Positions 54,248-62,884 of a stretch of 64,000 bases of DNA are shown here, piece after piece; the first letter of the stretch is position 1; every line of letters begins with the position of its first letter. The stretch covers positions 64,001 through 128,000 of IMG/VR virus record IMGVR_UViG_3300025117_000031; one strand, given 5' to 3'. The position numbers and the translations under genes were made by a program. This DNA is from a virus. Under the pieces are notes generated by a model. That model did not search any database. It was given only the letters and a program-made list of their open reading frames with translations, and was not told the DNA's origin.

Positions 54248-54255
54248 CTATTTAG
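54248..54255 (+). promoter_or_regulatory. Putative late promoter variant CTATTTAG
   Basis: Intergenic, upstream of strong RBS AGAGGAGAG and ATG 54301. Confidence 0.45.
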
Positions 54256-54300
54256 AGGGAGTGAGACCCTTTTTAAGAAAATCTCAAGAGGAGAGAATTA

Positions 54301-55191
54301 ATGGCGTTTTTATCTAGCACTGGTAACATTATTCTTGACGCTGTTTTGACCGATGCTGGCCGTAAGAGGCTTGCTAGAGCGGACGGAACCTTCAAGATTG
54401 CAAAGTTTGCTGTTTTTGATGATGAAATAGATTACAACGATTATGATAAATCGCATGCGTCTGGTTCATCTTATGTTGATGTAGAGCTTTTGACTACTCC
54501 GGTATTTGAAGCCTTTACAAACAATACGTCGGTAGCAAAGTCTTTCTTGGTTAGCTACAACAGAACAAATCTTTTGTATCTCCCTATAGTTAAACAGAAC
54601 GATCAAGATGCGGCTTCTAAAAAACACGCTTCTGGTAGTTATGTGGTCGCTGTGGACGAAGATACAGAGACGGATTTTGCTGGTGTGCAAGGATTTTTGT
54701 ATGGTTATACACCGGGTTCTGGTGGTGGCATCGTAAGAGTAGATCAGGGTCTAGATACTACCGAGATACCTCCTACTTTTAGTCTTGAACCGTCTTTAGT
54801 TGAGACTCAATATATTATTGAAATAGACAATCGTCTAGGATATGTTGTAGATAAGAACGATGCTAAGCAGGCTGCTGTTTCTTATATCGACGACGACAAC
54901 ATCGCTTCATATCTTTTGACTCTTGGCAACGATGTTAAGTTTGTAAGAAAGAACGAAACGACTGATAGCAAAGACTCACAAGTTATTTCAGGTCCAAGAG
55001 GAACAATTTTAGAGTTCAAGCTTCAGGCGTCAATCGAATTGAACTCCAGCACTTATCTTTTTACTACAATAGGTACAACTGGTACTGGTAGCTGGGCAGG
55101 TTATTATTACATTGACGCAAACGTTAGAATTACTGGTGCGACCACCGGCTATAGTGTAGATATTCCAGTACGGTTTTTGAAGAAAGTATAA
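54301..55191 (+). CDS. Putative abundant virion structural protein (tail-collar/fibre N-terminal-like)
   Basis: ILDAVLTDAGRKRLA...KFAVFDDEIDY; strong RBS. Confidence 0.6.
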   Translation: MAFLSSTGNIILDAVLTDAGRKRLARADGTFKIAKFAVFDDEIDYNDYDKSHASGSSYVDVELLTTPVFEAFTNNTSVAKSFLVSYNRTNLLYLPIVKQNDQDAASKKHASGSYVVAVDEDTETDFAGVQGFLYGYTPGSGGGIVRVDQGLDTTEIPPTFSLEPSLVETQYIIEIDNRLGYVVDKNDAKQAAVSYIDDDNIASYLLTLGNDVKFVRKNETTDSKDSQVISGPRGTILEFKLQASIELNSSTYLFTTIGTTGTGSWAGYYYIDANVRITGATTGYSVDIPVRFLKKV

Positions 55192-55214
55192 GCTCTTAAT
55201 ACGGAGAAGAATAA

Positions 55215-56261
55215 ATGGCACAAATTTATAAACAGCTTACAAGTAATGACATTGTGACGACACATACATTACTTCACGAATCTGTACCTATCACTGGTAC
55301 GCTTGTTAGCGGCAGTTATAGCGGTACAAACATCGAAAGTCCTTCGCATGGAAGATATCAAAGAGTATGGGATTATAACTATGCTTCGGCTTCTGCTAAT
55401 CATCTTTTTGATATTACTTTGTGTCTTTCTTCTGGTTCCACGTACCACAACTTAATTGGTACGGATTCTTTGGCAACAGCAAAGATGAATATGTATGATA
55501 CTCTTGCTCAGGTTTTGATGGGACACGATGCAACTGGAAGTATTTTAGATTTTGATGAAGACGGAAATCTTCTGGCGGGCGGAACAAAGATTACTGGTTC
55601 TTATGCTCTTTGTTTCTCAAGACTTTTGGTCAAAGACGAAATTAAAAAAGGTTCCTTTAACATGTACCTCGCTTTGAGCGGTACATATGCAACACCGAGA
55701 GGTGGTGATTATGGAAACGTTTTGATTACAGACTCTGGCGCCGAAACAAGTTATTTCGTTAATTCTCCTGCTGGAGAATATGGTGTTCTAAACAGTGGTT
55801 CTACTGCGGTTGGTCTTTTATTTTACCAGGCTGGTGTTGCGGTGCTTAATGCTGAAAAGATTTTTATGACTTCTTCTGTGAACGGCAGTGTTGGTGTTCA
55901 AATGGATTCTTCAACGAGAGGAGTAAATTATTATCTTTCTACAGGCACCATAGACGCTGCTGCTTCTGCGCTAAGATATAGAATTAACAACATTACTTTC
56001 AACAACACTACAGACTTAAATTCTACTGTTGTGTTTTGTAGAATGGATCATGGTTCATTTAACTATTCTTCAAACCCAACATATCTTTCCGGGTCAAAGA
56101 TTCGCACAAAGAATGTTGCGGCAGATGCTCCGGTAGCATATTACACAGGCATTGGTCTTTATTCGCCGGATAACGAACTTCTGGCTGTGAGCAAGATTTC
56201 TACGCCTTTAAAGAAAACTTCTGACACAGAACAAATAATTCGACTCCGGATCGATTTTTAA
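55215..56261 (+). CDS. Putative virion structural protein
   Basis: C-terminal FNYSSNPT...IGLY...ELLAVSKISTPLKK...RIDF; paralog of 57699 gene. Confidence 0.6.
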   Translation: MAQIYKQLTSNDIVTTHTLLHESVPITGTLVSGSYSGTNIESPSHGRYQRVWDYNYASASANHLFDITLCLSSGSTYHNLIGTDSLATAKMNMYDTLAQVLMGHDATGSILDFDEDGNLLAGGTKITGSYALCFSRLLVKDEIKKGSFNMYLALSGTYATPRGGDYGNVLITDSGAETSYFVNSPAGEYGVLNSGSTAVGLLFYQAGVAVLNAEKIFMTSSVNGSVGVQMDSSTRGVNYYLSTGTIDAAASALRYRINNITFNNTTDLNSTVVFCRMDHGSFNYSSNPTYLSGSKIRTKNVAADAPVAYYTGIGLYSPDNELLAVSKISTPLKKTSDTEQIIRLRIDF

Positions 56262-56293
56262 GTTTTTCTTAATGTTTTCAAGCACTTACGAAA

Positions 56294-56683
56294 GTGAAAT
56301 CTCCCAAAATCCCCAAATTTAACGTTGCTCTCTTTTTTGCGGAAGGGGATAAAACCGCGACAGAAATAAACTTTAATTATCAACTTATTTTCAAGATAAC
56401 GGACTATTATTGCGAAGAAGAGGAAAGAAAAAAGATCGTTCAAGTTGTCAGGATACTCTCCGCTCCCGATTACCAGAATCTTCAAGCTCTAATAACAGAG
56501 AAATCTCAAGGTCTTTACCCTTTTGTTTCCTTTGAGCTTTTGCAAGAGCTTTACAGCTTTTATAAAAAATGTCTCACAGAGTTAGTAAAAAATGATATAA
56601 TAGTTTTTCACAAGAGTAAGTGGATTTTAAAAGAAAGTAATTTGTTGTCCTCTTTTCCTATCGGAAATAAAGAAATCTCATAG
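56294..56683 (+). CDS. Hypothetical protein
   Basis: GTG-start ORF filling the gap; no motif recognised. Confidence 0.4.
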   Translation: MKSPKIPKFNVALFFAEGDKTATEINFNYQLIFKITDYYCEEEERKKIVQVVRILSAPDYQNLQALITEKSQGLYPFVSFELLQELYSFYKKCLTELVKNDIIVFHKSKWILKESNLLSSFPIGNKEIS

Positions 56684-56703
56684 CCAAAATCACTTAATTC
56701 AGC

Positions 56704-56711
56704 CTAATTAT
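56704..56711 (+). promoter_or_regulatory. Putative late promoter CTAATTAT
   Basis: Intergenic copy of the recurring motif. Confidence 0.45.
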
Positions 56712-56726
56712 TGAGAAAAGTTTTTC

Positions 56727-56755
56727 TTGACTTCTCCGGGAGAACAGGATAGGAT
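56727..56755 (+). promoter_or_regulatory. Sigma70-type promoter TTGACT-N17-TAGGAT with palindromic spacer
   Basis: -35 at 56727-56732, -10 at 56750-56755, TTCTCC-G-GGAGAA inverted repeat at 56732-56744. Confidence 0.5.
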
Positions 56756-56930
56756 GTCTTTAATAAGAGAGATAGTAAAACAAGAAGTTATTAACCTTTG
56801 GAAGGGTCGTTCAAAGAAGAAAAAGGGTAATCCTTTCGGGGGTATGACAAATCCTCTTGAAAAGGGTCCTTCGCTTGAAGGCGATGTTTTATCGGAAGAA
56901 GACAAAAAGAAAGAAGGCAAAGATGTCTAG
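56754..56930 (+). CDS. Small hypothetical protein with LIREIVKQE leader
   Basis: In-frame ATG 56754 of the 56727 ORF; shares N-terminal motif with neighbours. Confidence 0.4.
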   Translation: MSLIREIVKQEVINLWKGRSKKKKGNPFGGMTNPLEKGPSLEGDVLSEEDKKKEGKDV

Positions 56931-57369
56931 GAAGATGTACGTTCTGCGTGGCGTTTCTGGTTCTGGAAAGTCCACAAAGGCTTTGGAGTTGGCTCCGAAG
57001 GAGAATATCTTTTCGACCGATGAGTATTTCATGGTCGGAGGTAAGTATTTTTTTGACTCTGGCAAGCTTTCCAAGGCTCATGCTTGGAATCGTGAGAGAG
57101 TGTACGGTGCCCTGAAGAGCGGGGTTTCTCCTGTGGTTGTTGATAACACCAACACGCAGTCTTGGGAGGCCGAGCCTTATGTGAAGATGGCTCTTGCTCA
57201 TGGCTATAAGATTGAGTTTGTTGAGCCCGATACTTCGTGGGCCAAGAATGCGGACGAGCTTGCTAAGCGCAACAAGCACGGTGTTCCAAAGGCGGCGATT
57301 GTTCGAATGTTGCAACGTTATCAGCCGATGGATAAATTTAAGGCCGATTTGATCGGCAAGGGAGAGTAA
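56923..57369 (+). CDS. Polynucleotide kinase-like P-loop protein (N4BP2/AAA_33 family)
   Basis: LRGVSGSGKST, FSTDEYF, AHAWN, VVVDNTNTQSWE, RNKHGVP; ATG 56923. Confidence 0.85.
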   Translation: MSRKMYVLRGVSGSGKSTKALELAPKENIFSTDEYFMVGGKYFFDSGKLSKAHAWNRERVYGALKSGVSPVVVDNTNTQSWEAEPYVKMALAHGYKIEFVEPDTSWAKNADELAKRNKHGVPKAAIVRMLQRYQPMDKFKADLIGKGE

Positions 57370-57374
57370 TAAAA

Positions 57375-57671
57375 ATGGCAAAGTTTTCTCCTCAAGAGAT
57401 TCGAGAGGTGGTAAAAGAAGTTCTGTTAGAAAATCTGCAACAAGATCCTCAAACAGAAAAAAACATTGAGAATGCGTATAATTCCGTTCTTGCTGCAAGA
57501 CGACACTTAAAGACTCTTTTGAAGTACGGCGGTCTTGAGGCAAGAGATGAAATTTCTTCTTGGGTTCAACAGATTGAACAAATTGTTAAGAATATTGAGC
57601 AAAAAGCCAAGATTGCAGAAAGCACACAGAAAAATCCTTGGTCTGTTTGCAATACGATAAAGGAAAAGTAG
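57375..57671 (+). CDS. Hypothetical helical protein (possible internal head protein)
   Basis: GGGAG RBS; IREVVKEVLLE leader. Confidence 0.6.
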   Translation: MAKFSPQEIREVVKEVLLENLQQDPQTEKNIENAYNSVLAARRHLKTLLKYGGLEARDEISSWVQQIEQIVKNIEQKAKIAESTQKNPWSVCNTIKEK

Positions 57672-57698
57672 GTCTTGATAAGGGTTTTCATGAAATAA

Positions 57699-58787
57699 AT
57701 GAGAAAATTTAAAGAGAATGACATTTTCAGAAATAGAATAAAGACTCATCCGAAATATGAATTTTTTGTTCATTCTGGAACAACGTATTTAAACAACTAT
57801 CTTGCGCAAGGTTCAAATATACCTCAAGGCTCTATCTCTCTTTACGAAGAAAACATAGATAGAACGGCTGCGCAGAAAATATATCCATTTATCATAAAGA
57901 CCGGCAATCTTACTTCTTTTTCTACAGTATCTACTTCAAAATATAATGAGTATGCTTATGGGACAACGATAACTGGGTCGTATCCTTTGACATCTTCCAT
58001 AAAGATTACCAATCATGCTCCAAACAGTTCACGTCCTTATATTAATGCTCTCAAGAATACAATAAATTATTATGGCTATCTTAGTCCTCATTGTTCCTAT
58101 TCTTCTACTCTTGGGGATTATTCTACAGTACAAGTATCTGAGATCCAGCTTTCCTCTATTTTTTATGGTAGTTCCATTAAGAAAGGTACAGTTGCTTTAA
58201 AGTTTTATACTTCTGGCGCTGTTCTTAATGAGCTGTATGATAACGAAAGAGGAGAATTAGTTCAGGCGTCAGGTTCTCAATCTGGTTCTGTTGCTGGAGT
58301 AATTTTATATACGGAAGGGATTATGTTGCTGACTGGTTCTTGGGCTTTGGCAACAAATCACAGTGAACCATATTACAATTCAACAAATTATAATCCGTCT
58401 TGGAAGTATTTTGGAGCATCTGTTCCATCTTCAAGCTATGGAGTTGAGTTTGAAGGAATTAATTACGTCGATGTGATTACGATGTATTGTCATGCTCCTC
58501 CTGGAGAATTAAATCACTCTAACAACGCTACATATATTGAGCATGGGCAAACGGAATTTTATACTTCTGGCAGTAAGACTTTTTCCGAAAACCAGAAGCT
58601 ATCTATTAAGAATATTGTAAAGAGTCCTTTTGACGGAGCGGAAGCGGATTTTGAAAAGACAGTATATATTTCTAAGATTGCGGTTTTAGATCAATATGGG
58701 GAAATACTTGGTATCGCCAAGTTGGCTACTCCAATTAAGAAAGAAGAAAGTAGAGGTCTTTCTTTTAAGTTGAAGTTGGATATATAG
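57699..58787 (+). CDS. Putative virion structural protein, paralog of 55215 gene
   Basis: LNHSNNAT...YISKIAV...ILGIAKLATPIKK...KLKLDI. Confidence 0.6.
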   Translation: MRKFKENDIFRNRIKTHPKYEFFVHSGTTYLNNYLAQGSNIPQGSISLYEENIDRTAAQKIYPFIIKTGNLTSFSTVSTSKYNEYAYGTTITGSYPLTSSIKITNHAPNSSRPYINALKNTINYYGYLSPHCSYSSTLGDYSTVQVSEIQLSSIFYGSSIKKGTVALKFYTSGAVLNELYDNERGELVQASGSQSGSVAGVILYTEGIMLLTGSWALATNHSEPYYNSTNYNPSWKYFGASVPSSSYGVEFEGINYVDVITMYCHAPPGELNHSNNATYIEHGQTEFYTSGSKTFSENQKLSIKNIVKSPFDGAEADFEKTVYISKIAVLDQYGEILGIAKLATPIKKEESRGLSFKLKLDI

Positions 58788-58798
58788 AGGAAAATTCA

Positions 58799-60250
58799 AT
58801 GAAGATAAGAGAAATAGTTAAAGAAATATTGAACGAAATGAAAGAAAAACGTCCGGAATTAAAAAGACTTGGACAAGAGCCGATAATAACAGCTTCTCCA
58901 AAATCTTCTGTTCCTTCGAGAAAAGACAAACTTGATAGAATGAAAAACCCTTCTTTTGCAGACAAGATTAAAAAGGTTGTTGGTCTTGTGGAAGAGGAGA
59001 ATATAGAAGAAGAACAACAGATTGATGAGGGGTTTTGGGATAGTCTTGAAAACAAAGTAACTAAAGCTTTTTACGGTGATGAGTCCGTTAGGCCCAAGAA
59101 AACAAAGAAGAAAAGCTCTCCCAAACCCAAGAAACCAAAAGAAGAAAAGCCAGAGGAGCCTGTTGCGGCTGCTGCACCCGAGCCTGTCAAAGCTCCAGAA
59201 GCCCCAGAACCTGCCAAGACAAAGAAAGAAAAAAGTCCTCCTGTTTCTGCTGCAGAATTAGAGCCCGAGAAACCGGGAGTTTTTTCTAGAGCGGTAGGTG
59301 GGATAACAAGCTTCTTTAGAGATCGACAGAAGAAATTCGAAGATGTAGAAAGAACGAAAGACAGCATTGCACGCAGGATAGAACCCAGTCGTCCGGGGTA
59401 CAACGAAGAACGAGAAATGATTTTGGAGTTTGTAAAGATACAAAAGAAATTAAACGAACTTAAGCTGCTGAGAGGGATTAAAGAAAAAGATCTTATAGAC
59501 GTATTCGAGAAATACTTTACAGCAGAAGATGCTTTATTGATAAGGGTTTTGAATTATGGAGACGTTATTTTAGAAAGAACCAGAGACCACGACTATAAAT
59601 CTTTAGACCAAGAAGAGTTTTTGAGGGCAGCAAGAGAACAATTAACCCCAGAGATATTTAGGACGGTTGAGGACTTATTGGAGGCTTCAAAGAAAATAAG
59701 CAGACGAAAAGGTCAATTTAGAGGTGAGACGAATCTTACCGAAGAAGCAGAGCAATCCCCAGACCAACTTTTAAATAACGTCTTGACAAGAATGGAAAAT
59801 TTTGATAAGATGTTGGCTCCTTATAAAAATAATGTTGAGGAAGCCATGAAAAATATCACCAAAGGTCCGGGAGATATTGGGATTGATAGATATGAGCAGG
59901 AACAAAATAAATATCAAAAAGAAGAGGAATACCTTGAGCGTCTGAAGAGTGATGCCTTGTTGCACGGACAGCTTTTGATGGATAATTTTTCGGACTTTCA
60001 AAAGTTTATGGACTTTGTTTGGTGGAACGACAACGTGAGCGAAAAGCTTCGTAGAATGGTCGAAATTAACTTTGACCCCGAGAATTACGACAGCAGCAAA
60101 GAACAAGAACTATATAAAGAGTTTCAAGCAAAGTTCCAAGACAAAAACTTTAAAATGTCTTCTTTGGGAGAAGTTTTGTATAAAATCTATGAGACATATG
60201 TTGAAACATATGATTGGAACAAGCTTATTTCTTATTTAAACGATTATTGA
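58799..60250 (+). CDS. Hypothetical protein with K/P/E-rich linker (possible internal head protein)
   Basis: MKIREIVKEILNE leader; low-complexity PKPKKPKEEKPEEP...PEP linker. Confidence 0.6.
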   Translation: MKIREIVKEILNEMKEKRPELKRLGQEPIITASPKSSVPSRKDKLDRMKNPSFADKIKKVVGLVEEENIEEEQQIDEGFWDSLENKVTKAFYGDESVRPKKTKKKSSPKPKKPKEEKPEEPVAAAAPEPVKAPEAPEPAKTKKEKSPPVSAAELEPEKPGVFSRAVGGITSFFRDRQKKFEDVERTKDSIARRIEPSRPGYNEEREMILEFVKIQKKLNELKLLRGIKEKDLIDVFEKYFTAEDALLIRVLNYGDVILERTRDHDYKSLDQEEFLRAAREQLTPEIFRTVEDLLEASKKISRRKGQFRGETNLTEEAEQSPDQLLNNVLTRMENFDKMLAPYKNNVEEAMKNITKGPGDIGIDRYEQEQNKYQKEEEYLERLKSDALLHGQLLMDNFSDFQKFMDFVWWNDNVSEKLRRMVEINFDPENYDSSKEQELYKEFQAKFQDKNFKMSSLGEVLYKIYETYVETYDWNKLISYLNDY

Positions 60251-60254
60251 AATA

Positions 60255-61541
60255 ATGTTTGAGAAGTGGCAGCATTTTCTGAAAGAATCGAAGCAAATGG
60301 AAGACTTTTATAAGAAGTTTAAGGTTTTTCTTGTCGGCGGTTCTGTCCGAGATTCGTTGCTCAACAGAGCATCACACGATGCGGATTACGTTGTTGTTGG
60401 TGCTACGCCACAAGACATGTTGGATGTTGGGTTTTCGCAAGTAGGAGCAGAGTTTCCTGTTTTTATTCATCCGAAGACGGGAGACGAATACGCCCTTGCT
60501 CGTTCGGAGAGAAAATCAGGAGAGGGGCACAAGGGATTTACTACGAATACGGAAGATATCCCAATTGAAAAAGATCTCGAGAGAAGAGATTTAACAATTA
60601 ATGCCCTTGCTAGAATGATGCTTTCTTCTGGGGAATATGGTGATATCGTTGATCCATATGGCGGCAAGAAAGACATAGAAAATAAACTATTGAGACACGT
60701 TTCGGAAGCTTTTGAAGAAGATCCTCTTCGTGTCCTGCGAGTTGCGAGATTTGCAGCGCAACTTGATTTTTCCGCTGCTCCCGAGACAGAAGAATTAATG
60801 AGCAACATGGTTGGTCGGGGAATGCTGGACTCTTTAACTCCGGAGAGGATTTGGAAGGAGACGGAGAAGGCGCTATCTTCTGACAGACCAGATAAATATT
60901 TTGAGGTCTTGGCAAAGTGCGGGGCTTTGGACAGGTTTATGCCAGAGCTTTCAAAGCTCAGAGGAGTTCCGCAGCCGCAGCAATATCACGGGGAAAACGA
61001 CGCTTGGATGCACACGATGGCTGCTGTAAGGGCAGCCAGAAGCATCACCAGCGATCCTGAGATTATTTGGGCTGTTGTTAACCACGATCTTGGGAAGGGA
61101 GCTACTTCCAAGGATGTTTTGCCGCATCATTATGGACATGAGATGGCGGGAATTCCTTTGGTTAAGGCGGCAAACGAAAGATTAAAGGTTCCTTCTTCTT
61201 TTTCTGATCTGGCTGAGATGTCGACAGAAAATCATATGCGGGTTCATATTGTAAAGAAGATGAGACCGGAGAAGGTTGTTGATTTGCTTTATAGAACCGA
61301 CGCTTTTCGTAAGCCGGAAAGGTTTGAAAAGTTTTTGAGAGTTAGCGAGGCCGATGCACGTTCGCATAAGGGTCGGGAGTTTGAAGAGGGAGATTTTATC
61401 CGCAATGCTTTTGAAGTTTGCCGAAAGGTGAGCGCAAAAGAACTTGTTGACCAAGGATTTGTTGGGAAGCAGATTGGAGAAAAACTTCGACAAAATAGAA
61501 TTGCGGCGTATAAGAATTATCTTCGTGGAGAGAACAAATAA
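60255..61541 (+). CDS. cca: Multifunctional CCA-adding enzyme (class II tRNA nucleotidyltransferase with HD domain)
   Basis: FLVGGSVRD, DADYVVVG, EYALARSERK, DLERRDLTINA, EDPLRVLRVARF, HDLGKG; about 21-aa N-terminal extension. Confidence 0.93.
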   Translation: MFEKWQHFLKESKQMEDFYKKFKVFLVGGSVRDSLLNRASHDADYVVVGATPQDMLDVGFSQVGAEFPVFIHPKTGDEYALARSERKSGEGHKGFTTNTEDIPIEKDLERRDLTINALARMMLSSGEYGDIVDPYGGKKDIENKLLRHVSEAFEEDPLRVLRVARFAAQLDFSAAPETEELMSNMVGRGMLDSLTPERIWKETEKALSSDRPDKYFEVLAKCGALDRFMPELSKLRGVPQPQQYHGENDAWMHTMAAVRAARSITSDPEIIWAVVNHDLGKGATSKDVLPHHYGHEMAGIPLVKAANERLKVPSSFSDLAEMSTENHMRVHIVKKMRPEKVVDLLYRTDAFRKPERFEKFLRVSEADARSHKGREFEEGDFIRNAFEVCRKVSAKELVDQGFVGKQIGEKLRQNRIAAYKNYLRGENK

Positions 61542-62876
61542 ATGAGGTCGCTTGTAGAACAAATTGTACAAGAAATTTTAGAGGGCTCCGGAACATTATT
61601 GGAAGACAAGGTTTCTTCTTTAAAGGAGAAGATTCCCGAGCAAACAGAACTGATCGACTTCTTTGCCTCGAAGGATCCAACAGGCAAACAGAAATACCTC
61701 GAATGGGCTTTGAAAAGAACTCTTCAAGGCAATGAAAGCAAAGAGCTGGTTGTGGATGCGTTCCTCAAGTTTGATCAGATTGGTCCTCGGCTGGAAAAGA
61801 AAGACATCAACCAATACGAATCTGCAGAAAGAGTCTTCGACGCAATCAACTATTACGAAACGGTGCAGCGGAGCGAGAGGTCAAAGGGGAAAGAGAAGAA
61901 GAAAACAGCGTATAAAGCGGCCGAGAGCGGAGAGGGGGAAAAAGTTCCCACAAAAGCTAGTCATTTGTCTTTGGAAGAAATTATTTTGCAAGAAGTATTA
62001 AAGCACAAAGTTGATGAAATGGCTTTGTCAAACCTGGAGAGTGTTGACGATCCCTTTGCCGAAGAGCTTATTTCTGCTTTAAGAAAAGGGAAAAAGACAG
62101 CCGTTGTTTATCATGGAACTTCAACCAAACATTTTTGGAGTATTATAAAGAATGGGTTTGTTTTTAGCCCAGAGAGAAAAAACTGGGAAGGTACATCTCC
62201 GGGAACATATTTTTCTTTTAACATAAGAAGGGCTGCTGAATATACTTTAAAGCCAGTTGAAAAGGCTGGTGGAGAAGCGATTATTTTTGTCTTGGAACTT
62301 CCTCTTAAAGAGCTTGAACGAGATTTGGACGACTCTGATGCTTGGGATAAGAACACTCATTTCCAATCTGTTGTAAGAAAAGAAATACAACCAAGGATGA
62401 TAACTGGTGTTATTTATCCTGTTCGTCCATTTGAGAGCGGAGAAACTCCCGAGACGCCAATTAAAAAGTTTATTGCTCAGGTCCAAAATGGAAAGATAAA
62501 AGAGATTCCTCCCGACGAGGAAGGAACAGAGGGGCGCTTTAAAAAGGCAACTCCCGAAGAGATTGAGTGGGCAGTTGTTCAATATGTTCAAGACCTTATT
62601 CAATATACCTCTTTTGATATGCACAATTTCGGGCAAGAGGGAGTAAAATTAAACTCTTTGGTGCTTAGGAAGGTCGTTGAGGAGGGGTGGCCGAAGATTA
62701 GTGCGTGGACTGGAGAAGATTGGGTCAAGTATTTAGAGTCTGTTTATAAGAAAAAAAACGAAGAAGAATACTATAAAGAGCAGAGAGAGTTTACAGTTCC
62801 TCTTTGGAGAGTGATTAAAAAATATACAGCAGATATTGAAGCATTTAACAAGTTTCGTCTAGGAAAGACGAAATAA
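61542..62876 (+). CDS. Two-domain protein with a C-terminal ADP-ribosyltransferase-fold domain
   Basis: N-domain DPTGKQKYLEW...KKDINQY; C-domain VVYHGTS..IIKNGF...GTYFS...AAEY...IFVLEL. Confidence 0.6.
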   Translation: MRSLVEQIVQEILEGSGTLLEDKVSSLKEKIPEQTELIDFFASKDPTGKQKYLEWALKRTLQGNESKELVVDAFLKFDQIGPRLEKKDINQYESAERVFDAINYYETVQRSERSKGKEKKKTAYKAAESGEGEKVPTKASHLSLEEIILQEVLKHKVDEMALSNLESVDDPFAEELISALRKGKKTAVVYHGTSTKHFWSIIKNGFVFSPERKNWEGTSPGTYFSFNIRRAAEYTLKPVEKAGGEAIIFVLELPLKELERDLDDSDAWDKNTHFQSVVRKEIQPRMITGVIYPVRPFESGETPETPIKKFIAQVQNGKIKEIPPDEEGTEGRFKKATPEEIEWAVVQYVQDLIQYTSFDMHNFGQEGVKLNSLVLRKVVEEGWPKISAWTGEDWVKYLESVYKKKNEEEYYKEQREFTVPLWRVIKKYTADIEAFNKFRLGKTK

Positions 62877-62884
62877 AGGAGAAA

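Noticed and set aside
56800-56890. Possible riboswitch or structured RNA upstream of the kinase
   Set aside because: Only short weak hairpins, no recognisable aptamer consensus, and the region is plausibly coding.
56791-57543. 250-aa minus-strand ORF
   Set aside because: Antisense shadow of the well-supported kinase gene and its neighbours; no motifs.
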